DNA of 56,276 nucleotides from positions 1 through 56,276 of the forward strand of contig CAYUPH010000006.1 of the NCBI GenBank assembly GCA_964446625.1, in the 5' to 3' direction. Below, in pieces: positions 36,677 to 43,976 of this stretch. Source of the DNA: an uncultured Candidatus Saccharibacteria bacterium. GTDB taxonomy: Bacteria > Patescibacteriota > Minisyncoccia > Phycocordibacterales > CAIRYW01. Positions within the stretch are counted from its first letter, which is position 1. Every line of letters starts with the position of its first letter. The position numbers and the translations under genes were made by a program. The notes below the pieces were generated by a model, which was not told the DNA's origin, ran no database searches, and worked only from the letters and a program-made list of their open reading frames with translations.

Positions 36677-37322
36677 TTTCTATATATGACCAAATCTTCT
36701 CATGAATTGTCTCGGGTGGCAAAACATTTGCCCCCTCCATACAATCCACTCTTTTCCAAAAGGCGTCTTTTTGAAGCATGAACTTTCCTGCTTCTTTTGA
36801 GTTTTTGAGGTATTCAAAATCCGAATCTGCGGCATCCTTAATTCCCTCTCGTTTTGAAATGAGTTCAATCGATGCTTCAAGCGTCATGTCCAAATAGAAA
36901 ACCACACTTGGCTTAAGTATGTGAAGCACATCGTATTCCATTTTTGAGAGCCATACAAGAAAATCTTCTCTCTCTTTTTCTGTGCGCAGTTTTCCTCCCT
37001 GGTGAATTTGGTTTGAAGTCACATACCTATCAAGTACCACCGTTTTCCCTTCTGCGAGCCACGTTTTTATTTTATCCATCGTTTCAAAGCGATCGCACGC
37101 ATACAAAACTGAAGCAATCTTTGGATCGGTTTTTATAAAATCCCCGTGCTTTCCATCCAGGCACTCACGAATGAGGGCTCCAAAAAGATTATCCTCGTAG
37201 CGAGGGAATCGCAAAGACTCCGAAGGAACCCCCTCTTTTTTAAGGCGCTGAAGAAGCAAATCTGTTTGAGTAGTCTTCCCTGACCCGTCACTTCCTTCGA
37301 TAACAATTAAATTTGCTTTCAT
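36663..37322 (-). CDS. tmk: Thymidylate (dTMP) kinase
   Basis: LIVIEGSDGSGKTTQ (P-loop) and DRYVTSNQIHQ. Overlaps argS by 14 nt. Confidence 0.92.
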   Translation of the reverse strand: MKANLIVIEGSDGSGKTTQTDLLLQRLKKEGVPSESLRFPRYEDNLFGALIRECLDGKHGDFIKTDPKIASVLYACDRFETMDKIKTWLAEGKTVVLDRYVTSNQIHQGGKLRTEKEREDFLVWLSKMEYDVLHILKPSVVFYLDMTLEASIELISKREGIKDAADSDFEYLKNSKEAGKFMLQKDAFWKRVDCMEGANVLPPETIHEKIWSYIENDSQ

Positions 37323-37326
37323 TTTT

Positions 37327-38475
37327 CTACTTGTTCTTTATCCGAGGTGGCCTCTTAATTCCTAAAGCGTACTTAGTTTCTCCTGCATCACTTCCCCTTG
37401 GTTTTAAAGTATTAACAAACATCGGTCGAGAAAGTTTGTCATAGACCTCTTTTGATACTGTAGATCGAGGGAGAGGTGAAGGTGTGAAAAAGGCATGCGT
37501 AAATCTCTTGAAAAAAGATGGCTTCTTATGTTTTACATTTTCATACACTCTTTCTACTGCATCCCTTAGACCAGCAGTATTTGTAACAGATTGAATTAGA
37601 TACTCACCTTTCCCATTTGCAGTATCAAAAATTCCTTCGATCATATCGAGCAAATCATTCCTTCTAAAAAGTTGCTTACTTCCTTGAAGTCCGTGCTCAA
37701 GTGCAGGCGCATACAGTATTACAGCTTCAAGATCTTGGCGGGTCTTCGCCATTTGAAGCCTATACTTAAAATCATTCCATTCCTCTTCTGTTGAACCCTC
37801 TCTCTTTTCAATTTCTTCTGCACTCACAGTGTCTTTATACAAAGAACCGTCTGACATTTCATACTCTCGAGTTGCAGTTGCAATGTCTTCTTGTAGCACT
37901 ATTGCTTTATTTTCTATCTCCAAAAGCTTTGTCACCTTTTCCCTCAACCCCTCAGCTATTGGAAGTGCATCAATACCATAGCGGTGACTAAACACGCCGC
38001 GGACAAGTTCTTGCACTTTTTCTTTTGAGTATGTTCCCGAATCAGAAGCCAAACCATTAAAACTTTCTGACTCAATAAATGCAAACAAATCTTTTTTGTT
38101 TGCAATTTTTGTAAATAAACCATCTTCTTTCTCTGGTATACCTTCTGGTTTTCCCATTTGCGCAAGAAAAGCTTCCCTATCTGCCTCAACTCTTTTGCAC
38201 CACTCCACTTTCGCACGAATTTTTTTTGCAGCCACACTATCCGTCGGCAAAGCTTCAATACCCTTTACCCTGTTATAGACTGACGCTAAATATTCCTCTG
38301 CCGCCTTCTGGTCTGCTTCGGTTTTTATCTCATCAAATAGCGTTAGTAAAAACCATGCATCAATAGAAGCATTTCCCATTCCATCTCTCATTTTATATAC
38401 CACAATAAAATTTTCCGACAACCCCTCGAGTGGGTCTTTTTTCTCTGGTAAAGGTGTACTAAAAATTTCTCCCAT
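37327..38475 (-). CDS. Hypothetical 382-aa protein with three internal repeats and a basic C-terminus
   Basis: The recurring module appears as VYNRVKGIEALPTDSVAAKKIRAKV, VFSHRYGIDALPIAEGLREKV and IFDTANGKGEYLIQSVTNTAGLRDAV. It is packed between glyA and tmk (gaps of 1 and 4 nt). Confidence 0.65.
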   Translation of the reverse strand: MGEIFSTPLPEKKDPLEGLSENFIVVYKMRDGMGNASIDAWFLLTLFDEIKTEADQKAAEEYLASVYNRVKGIEALPTDSVAAKKIRAKVEWCKRVEADREAFLAQMGKPEGIPEKEDGLFTKIANKKDLFAFIESESFNGLASDSGTYSKEKVQELVRGVFSHRYGIDALPIAEGLREKVTKLLEIENKAIVLQEDIATATREYEMSDGSLYKDTVSAEEIEKREGSTEEEWNDFKYRLQMAKTRQDLEAVILYAPALEHGLQGSKQLFRRNDLLDMIEGIFDTANGKGEYLIQSVTNTAGLRDAVERVYENVKHKKPSFFKRFTHAFFTPSPLPRSTVSKEVYDKLSRPMFVNTLKPRGSDAGETKYALGIKRPPRIKNK

Positions 38476-38476
38476 A

Positions 38477-39649
38477 CTATCTTGAAATAATATCTATAAT
38501 TCTCTCTGCGATTTTTTGGAAATCTTTTTCTTTCTTTCCGCGAGTTGTTTCTGCGGCAGTTCCAAACCTAATTCCAGAAGGATCAAATGGTGAGCGAGTT
38601 TCTCCAGGAATTGTGTTTACGTTTGCAATGATTCCTGCTTTTTCAAGACGGTCAACCACTTCTTTTGCAGGAACTCCTTTTCCACCCTGCCACACATCAA
38701 CCAAAATCATGTGACTGTCAGTTCCTCCTGAAACAACTCGTATACCACCTTTTTGTAGTGCCTTCGAAAATGCTTTTGCGTTTTTGATAATCTGCTTTGC
38801 GTACTTTTTGAAGTCTGCCCTGCCCGCCTCTTCGAGTGCAACTGCAATTCCTGCAATCTGACTTTCGTGGGGACCACCTTGAAGTCCTGGAAAAACTGCT
38901 TTATCAATTTTTTTGTTAAGTTCTCTGTCGTCTCTTCGAGAAAAAATCATTGCACCTCTTGGTCCTCGCAATGTCTTGTGTGTAGTTGTTGTTACTACAT
39001 CTACAAAAGGAAATGGACTGGGATACGCTTTCCCAGCAACAAGACCTGCTAAGTGCGACATATCAGCCATAAGAATTGCGCCTGTTGCGTCTGCAATTTC
39101 TCTAAACTTTTTCCAATCAACCAATCGCGGGTACGCAGTAAACCCGCAGACAATGAGCGCTGGTTTTTCCTTTAGCGCTTTTTTCTTTAGTTCCTCATAA
39201 TCGAGAACTTCAGTTTTTGAATCAACTTCAAACGGTACACTTTCCCAAAACTTTCCTGTAATTGAAACTTTCTGTCCATGTGAAAGATGTCCTCCTGAAG
39301 AAAGTGTCATACCCATAATTTTTTCCCCTTTTGGAACAAGCCCCAGGTAAACCGCCAAATTTGCGTTTGCACCAGAGAGCGGTTGTACATTGACTGCCCA
39401 CTCTTTTTCTTTGACTCCAAACGCTTTGAGCGCCCGATTTTGACAGAGTGTCTCAAGCTCATCGACAAACACATTTCCTTTGTAGTAGCGCGCTCCTGGG
39501 TAACCTTCTGCGTATTTATTATCAAACACCGAACCTAGTGCTTGAAGCACCTCCTTTGAACAGTAGTTCTCTGATGCAATGAGGTTAATAACTTTCTTTT
39601 GTCTCGCCTCTTCTTTTTTTATAAGCTCAAAAATTTTTTTATCGTTCAT
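38477..39649 (-). CDS. glyA: Serine hydroxymethyltransferase
   Basis: LIASENY, GYPGARYY, VTTTTHKTLRGPRGA (PLP-binding Lys). Confidence 0.96.
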   Translation of the reverse strand: MNDKKIFELIKKEEARQKKVINLIASENYCSKEVLQALGSVFDNKYAEGYPGARYYKGNVFVDELETLCQNRALKAFGVKEKEWAVNVQPLSGANANLAVYLGLVPKGEKIMGMTLSSGGHLSHGQKVSITGKFWESVPFEVDSKTEVLDYEELKKKALKEKPALIVCGFTAYPRLVDWKKFREIADATGAILMADMSHLAGLVAGKAYPSPFPFVDVVTTTTHKTLRGPRGAMIFSRRDDRELNKKIDKAVFPGLQGGPHESQIAGIAVALEEAGRADFKKYAKQIIKNAKAFSKALQKGGIRVVSGGTDSHMILVDVWQGGKGVPAKEVVDRLEKAGIIANVNTIPGETRSPFDPSGIRFGTAAETTRGKKEKDFQKIAERIIDIISR

Positions 39650-39660
39650 AAGATTAGATT

Positions 39661-39685
39661 TAAGAATTAAGATTTAGGAATTAAG
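39661..39685. repeat. IR-family arm (left arm flanking the four-helix-bundle gene)
   Basis: taagaattaagatttaggaattaag is 24/25 identical to the reverse complement of 44484-44508. Confidence 0.85.
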
Positions 39686-40050
39686 AATGATTTTGTTTTA
39701 CTAATTAGTCCTTGTAAAAGTTTGTGCGTTTGCTTAATTTGTTCTTCTATTTTTTGAGAATCAGCTACACCCATTAATTTTACATCTCTTGCTATGAAAA
39801 GCTGGTTGGTTAATTCAATTAGTGATCCTTGTGCAATGTAATTAAATTGAAGCTTTTCTTTATAACCTTGTCTTCCGAACCCTTCAGCAATGTTTGAGGT
39901 TATCGAAACCGCTGACCGATTCATCTGACTTGCGAGACCAAAAAGTTCTTCCTTCGGAAACTTTTTTGTCATTTGATAAATCAATATCACTAACTTGTGT
40001 CCTTCTTGCCACGCAATTAGATCAGTGAATTGTTTTATCTTTTTTTCCAT
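39667..40050 (-). CDS. Four-helix-bundle protein (23S rRNA intervening-sequence protein family, TIGR02436-like)
   Basis: FTDLIAWQEGHKLVILIYQMTKKFPKEELFGLASQMNRSAVSITSNIAEGFGRQ...QGSLIELTNQL. The ATG at 40048-40050 is preferred over the longer track ORF. Confidence 0.85.
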   Translation of the reverse strand: MEKKIKQFTDLIAWQEGHKLVILIYQMTKKFPKEELFGLASQMNRSAVSITSNIAEGFGRQGYKEKLQFNYIAQGSLIELTNQLFIARDVKLMGVADSQKIEEQIKQTHKLLQGLISKTKSFLIPKS

Positions 40051-40051
40051 T

Positions 40052-40082
40052 CTTAAATCATAATTCTTAAAACTTAATTCTT
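40052..40082. repeat. IR-family arm (right arm flanking the four-helix-bundle gene)
   Basis: The reverse complement aagaattaagttttaagaatta matches the left-arm core aagaattaagatttaggaatta at 20 of 22 positions. Confidence 0.75.
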
Positions 40083-40583
40083 GTATATTCGCTCGCTTCC
40101 TTCTAAAAGATATACATTTATTATACCAGCAGCAATCATTGAATCCCAACATGGCTTACAGCACCACCAGTGGCCATGAAGGTAGAGGTCAGCACCCTTT
40201 ACCGCTTCGGCGCCATGTTTTGAGACCGCTTCCCTTATAGCTGATCTTTCGGCGTGATTCTTGTTTGTGACACAACCAGGGCAAAGCCAGTATTTTTGCC
40301 CACTTTTTACTTTAAAAAACTTGCGGACACAGACTCCGGCCGCATGTAGCTTTACAAACGGTTTGTATGAAAAAACTGAATGATTTGCTCCCCTGCCTAT
40401 TATTTTCCCGTCTTTTACCACCACAGCACCTGTTGGGTGGTTTAAATCGGTACTCATTTCACGCCAGGCTTTTTCCGCTTCAATCATAAAGGGGTTTTCC
40501 TGGGGAACATAAAGTATTGACCTCCCCTCTGGCATGTATGGATATATAATTTTTGTTGAATCCTCTCCCATGAGTAGTATCAT
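40074..40583 (-). CDS. dCMP deaminase (ComEB/CDA zinc-deaminase fold)
   Basis: TGAVVVKDGKIIGRGAN, HAERSAI (H-A-E zinc motif), CKPCWDSM (PCxxC-like). Alternative start at MPEGR (40535). Confidence 0.85.
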   Translation of the reverse strand: MILLMGEDSTKIIYPYMPEGRSILYVPQENPFMIEAEKAWREMSTDLNHPTGAVVVKDGKIIGRGANHSVFSYKPFVKLHAAGVCVRKFFKVKSGQKYWLCPGCVTNKNHAERSAIREAVSKHGAEAVKGADLYLHGHWWCCKPCWDSMIAAGIINVYLLEGSERIYKN

Positions 40584-40590
40584 ATATGGT

Positions 40591-41460
40591 ATGACGAAGT
40601 TTGACCAGATATACCAAGATATTCTAAAACGGATTCTAAAAGAAGGGATTGAGGAAACTTCTTCACTTCAAAAAGTGAAAACAAAATCCCTCCCTGGTGT
40701 TCACTTTCAAATTGATTTGGAAAAAGACGGCTTCCCTCTCCTCACAATTCGAAAGATTCCTGTAAAAATGTTTACAGCGGAACAAATTTGGTTTCTCTCT
40801 GGAGCACGAAAGCCCGACGATTTTCTCCGGGACTATACAAAAGTATGGGACGCATTTACTAACCCAAACGATGTTGTCACCGTTGCTTACGGGTTTAGAT
40901 GGCGAAAATATTTTGGACGAGATCAAATACAGTCTCTTGTTGAACTCCTTCAAAAAGAGCCTCTTAGTAGACACGGTGTTGTTATTGCCTGGGATCCAGG
41001 AAGCGACGGGCTTTCACTCATTAAAAAAGCAAACGTTCCTTGTCCCTTTTCTTTTGTAGTAAACATAATCGGCGGACGACTCAATATGCATAACATAGTA
41101 CGCTCAAACGACATGTATCTTGGCGCACCTGCTGACATAGCAGGCTTTGCACTCCTTCAGACAATTCTGGCGCAAAAGTTAAAAGTTAAAGTCGGAGTGT
41201 ATAGTCACTCGATTTCAAACGCGCATATTTACGAGAACCAGTTTTCTGCCGCAAAAGAATTAGTTGCTCGAAAAAACAATCACAAAAAAATTACCATCTC
41301 TCTTCCAAAGAATGCTTTTGACCGGGCGGAAAAGAAAGACAAAAAACTTCTTGAGGAAATAGTAAAGGAGTTTGAAAAGCAGTACAAACCTATGGAGAAC
41401 ATAAAGGGGGTGAAAATTGTGACATGGAATGACCAAATAAAAAAACAAAAAAGAAAATAA
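40591..41460 (+). CDS. Divergent thymidylate-synthase (ThyA) family enzyme with Asp at the pyrimidine-specificity position; substrate uncertain
   Basis: TAEQIWFLSG, AYGFRWR, SRHGVVIAW, catalytic VPCPF (Cys codon 41041-41043), VRSNDMYLGAPADIAGF (Asp codon 41134-41136) and SNAHIYENQ. Start set at MTKFDQIY; the track ORF starts at 40534. Confidence 0.8.
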   Translation: MTKFDQIYQDILKRILKEGIEETSSLQKVKTKSLPGVHFQIDLEKDGFPLLTIRKIPVKMFTAEQIWFLSGARKPDDFLRDYTKVWDAFTNPNDVVTVAYGFRWRKYFGRDQIQSLVELLQKEPLSRHGVVIAWDPGSDGLSLIKKANVPCPFSFVVNIIGGRLNMHNIVRSNDMYLGAPADIAGFALLQTILAQKLKVKVGVYSHSISNAHIYENQFSAAKELVARKNNHKKITISLPKNAFDRAEKKDKKLLEEIVKEFEKQYKPMENIKGVKIVTWNDQIKKQKRK

Positions 41461-41461
41461 T

Positions 41462-42130
41462 ATGGCAATCCTAACAAAAACAAAAATATTAGAGCGAGTA
41501 ACAAAAGGCGAAATTGTATTTAAGCCAAACCTTGATGAGTTTCAAATCCAAGCCCACGCAATAGATATGCGCCTTGGGTATACATTTCTCATACCAAAGC
41601 AGTGGCACCTTACGGATAAAGGAAGAGAGGCGCTTCGAATCGACCATCTAGACAAGAATCGAAAAGACTATTTTGAAGTGATTGAACTCGAAGAGAGACA
41701 GTTTTTTGAGCTTCTCCCTGGAGAGTATGTTCTCGCATCTACTCTAGAGAGTGTCAAAGTTCCAGACGACCTAATGGCGGTTCTCTACCCTCGTAGTTCA
41801 ACGAATCGAAAAGGGCTTTCGGTAGATTTAACAGGAATTGTAGACTCAGGATACGAAGGACAACTTGTTATTCCAATTCGAAACAACACTAACTCTCAGG
41901 TGGTGAAACTCTACCCTGGGGAGAGGTTTTGTCAGATTGTTTTTGAGGCGCTCGATGAAGCTGTAATTGCAGAGAAATCTCGATACCACCAAAAAGATAT
42001 TGTAGAGGGTTTCATTATGACAAAGGAGAACAAACAGAAAAGAGACTCTGAAGAGATAAGCTATGTATCAGAAGGAAGAATCCGAGAATTAAAAAAAGAG
42101 AAGTCTGCACACCATGGAGATAAAGTTTAA
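41462..42130 (+). CDS. dcd: dCTP deaminase family protein (Dcd), with a charged C-terminal extension
   Basis: AIDMRLG, YPRSSTNRKGLSV, IVDSGYEGQLVIPIRNN, GERFCQIVF. Confidence 0.85.
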   Translation: MAILTKTKILERVTKGEIVFKPNLDEFQIQAHAIDMRLGYTFLIPKQWHLTDKGREALRIDHLDKNRKDYFEVIELEERQFFELLPGEYVLASTLESVKVPDDLMAVLYPRSSTNRKGLSVDLTGIVDSGYEGQLVIPIRNNTNSQVVKLYPGERFCQIVFEALDEAVIAEKSRYHQKDIVEGFIMTKENKQKRDSEEISYVSEGRIRELKKEKSAHHGDKV

Positions 42131-42542
42131 AAAACTTGACCCTCGAGCGACAGCTCCTCAAAAAGGTTACCCAGACGATGCAGCCTTCGATCTCTTTGCT
42201 CTCAACGAGACTGTGGTTGAAGCAAAAAGTTCTGCTTGGATAAAAACAGGAATTGCTTTCGAGATTCCCGAAGGGTATGCGGGGCTCATTTGGGACAAAA
42301 GTAGTGTTGCGCACAAGTGGAACATTACAAAAATCGGTGGAGTTTTTGATGCTGGCTACAGAGGGGACATCACTATCGGCCTCCACAACCTCTCAAACGA
42401 AAGTCACACTTTTAAATCGGGAGATAAAATTGCTCAAATTATCTTCGCTCCCACTCCCCTTTTTGAACTAAAAGAGTCCGATACACTTTCTGAATCAGTT
42501 CGAGGTGAAAAGAGGTTTGGGAGTAGTGGACTTCGAATTTAA
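42114..42542 (+). CDS. dut: dUTP diphosphatase (trimeric dUTPase)
   Basis: DAAFDLFA, DKSSVAHKWNI, GVFDAGYRGDITIGLHNLS, KIAQIIF, RGEKRFGSSG. Overlaps dcd by 17 nt. Confidence 0.9.
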   Translation: MEIKFKKLDPRATAPQKGYPDDAAFDLFALNETVVEAKSSAWIKTGIAFEIPEGYAGLIWDKSSVAHKWNITKIGGVFDAGYRGDITIGLHNLSNESHTFKSGDKIAQIIFAPTPLFELKESDTLSESVRGEKRFGSSGLRI

Positions 42543-42569
42543 AAGATAATTTTTTGATATAATACACAC

Positions 42570-43073
42570 ATGAAAGTTTTTATAATCGCAGCACAAACAA
42601 TAGACGGGTTCATTGCAAAAGACAGTAGCCACCCTGCTTTTTGGACTAGCAAAGAAGACAAAAAAAGATTTGTTGAGCTTACTTCACACGCAGGAGTTTG
42701 CGTCATGGGACACGCAACATTCAAAACCCTTCCTCGTCCTCTTAAAGAAAGACTAAACATTGTTTACACACGAAGCGCGGAAACATTTGAAGGCGCGGAG
42801 ACAACATCCGATGATCCAATAACACTTATACAAAAACTAGAAGACCGTGGTTTCAAGGAAGTTGCAATCTGTGGAGGCTCAACAATTTACAGTCTTTTTC
42901 TAAAAGCAGGAGTCGTTGATACTATCTATCTTACAATCGAGCCTATTGTTTTTGGTGAAGGAGTTTCTCTTTTTAACACTCCGTTTAATACCCAATTCGA
43001 ACTTGTAAGTCATGAAAAAACAGAAGGTGGTGCACTTCTTCTCGAGTATCGAGTAAAAAATAAATTGATATAA
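42570..43073 (+). CDS. Dihydrofolate-reductase-fold protein (DHFR / RibD C-terminal family)
   Basis: MKVFIIAAQTIDGFIA, VMGHATFKTLPRPLKERLNIVYTR, AICGGSTIYSLFL. Confidence 0.75.
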   Translation: MKVFIIAAQTIDGFIAKDSSHPAFWTSKEDKKRFVELTSHAGVCVMGHATFKTLPRPLKERLNIVYTRSAETFEGAETTSDDPITLIQKLEDRGFKEVAICGGSTIYSLFLKAGVVDTIYLTIEPIVFGEGVSLFNTPFNTQFELVSHEKTEGGALLLEYRVKNKLI

Positions 43074-43085
43074 AAAAACGCCAGC

Positions 43086-43751
43086 TTACTTTGCATGGCG
43101 ATTGAAAAAATAGGCAACCTCCCTCGCAAGATTAATTTCGAAAGTTGAGGCAAGCGAAATTAACCTTTCAAGAAAATCGCCCATCTCTTCCACGATCTTC
43201 TTTTCCTCGGAGTTTCGTAAGAACTCAATCGTCCACTCATCACCTTCCTCGGAAAGATGGAGTGCGCGGATAAGTTTTGCTTCGAAACTCCTATCGTTAG
43301 GGTAAACCCTCCAGTCCGACGCCTGGAATGCACCAAACGACTGCTTTAGCTTGGGTGGATGGTTTCCCTTCATCCGAAAGAGCGGCCTAGGAACACCCGG
43401 ATTTGTGCATGTGCAAGGACAATCTCCACAATACACACACTTCCCAGGGTACCCCTTCGTTATTACTTCCTGCACACAAATCTTTCGACTCGAGGCAAAA
43501 AACACAAGCATCAAAAACGCTTGAACAATTCGCTCAACAGGAATCTCTTCCTGCTTACGAACTTGCCTAACGATTTTTTTCTTGTGCTCTATTAGCTCTG
43601 CGAGCCACTTGTCTCGCTCAAGAGCTTTCTCAGGAAATATAAGATCAGGAAATTTTTCTTTTCTACTTTCAGTAGCCTCTTGGAGCTGCCGAAAGGTATA
43701 CGCCCCATTTGTTGGGAGTTTCATGTTTTCTGCCCTAAAACTACTCCCCAC
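43086..43751 (-). CDS. Tandem MazG-like (all-alpha NTP pyrophosphohydrolase-like) protein with a central Cys cluster
   Basis: Two helical halves carry acidic motifs: LAELIEHKK...EEIPVERIVQAFLMLVFFA and LSEEGDEWTIEF...EEMGDFLERLISLA. They are separated by GKCVYCGDCPCTCTNPG. The likely start is MKLPTNG (43724). Confidence 0.5.
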   Translation of the reverse strand: MGSSFRAENMKLPTNGAYTFRQLQEATESRKEKFPDLIFPEKALERDKWLAELIEHKKKIVRQVRKQEEIPVERIVQAFLMLVFFASSRKICVQEVITKGYPGKCVYCGDCPCTCTNPGVPRPLFRMKGNHPPKLKQSFGAFQASDWRVYPNDRSFEAKLIRALHLSEEGDEWTIEFLRNSEEKKIVEEMGDFLERLISLASTFEINLAREVAYFFNRHAK

Positions 43752-43766
43752 CTAACTAAAAGTCAA

Positions 43767-43793
43767 TAAAAAAACCAGCAATTGCTTTGCTGG
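43767..43793 (-). terminator. Intrinsic terminator after the 36-aa ORF
   Basis: ccagca attgctt tgctgg, followed by U8 on the minus strand. Confidence 0.7.
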
Positions 43794-43796
43794 CGA

Positions 43797-43907
43797 TTAA
43801 GTCTTCCTCTCGTTGCAAAAGATAAATCCAGCAACAATCGAGGACAAGAGCCCTAAGAATCCAATTGTAGCGAAATTTTCCCAAATCCAATCAAGGAGCG
43901 TTTTCAT
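43797..43907 (-). CDS. Candidate 36-aa single-TM peptide (below the ORF-track cutoff)
   Basis: ATG..TAA encoding MKTLLDWIWENFATIGFLGLLSSIVAGFIFCNERKT. It lies between the rplK terminator and its own terminator. AGGAG lies ~15 nt upstream. Confidence 0.3.
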   Translation of the reverse strand: MKTLLDWIWENFATIGFLGLLSSIVAGFIFCNERKT

Positions 43908-43935
43908 AATTAAAATTTTACTCCTATCTCCCAAA

Positions 43936-43968
43936 AAGAAAAGCCCCGCCGGAGGCGGGGCTTTTCTT
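43936..43968 (-). terminator. Intrinsic terminator directly after rplK
   Basis: aaaagccccgc cggag gcggggctttt. Confidence 0.85.
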
Positions 43969-43976
43969 TTTTTTCT

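Noticed and set aside
39667-40152. The 161-aa version of the four-helix-bundle ORF and the 308-aa version of the ThyA-like ORF (40534 start).
   Set aside because: The N-terminal extensions overlap neighbouring genes or IR arms and add non-homologous residues. Internal ATGs (40050 and 40591) give products colinear with their families.
36663-43751. Prophage or phage-remnant origin for the nucleotide-metabolism cluster.
   Set aside because: There are no integrase, terminase, capsid or tail genes and no att-like repeats, and composition is indistinguishable by eye from flanking housekeeping genes. The phage-like logic is kept as an analogy only.
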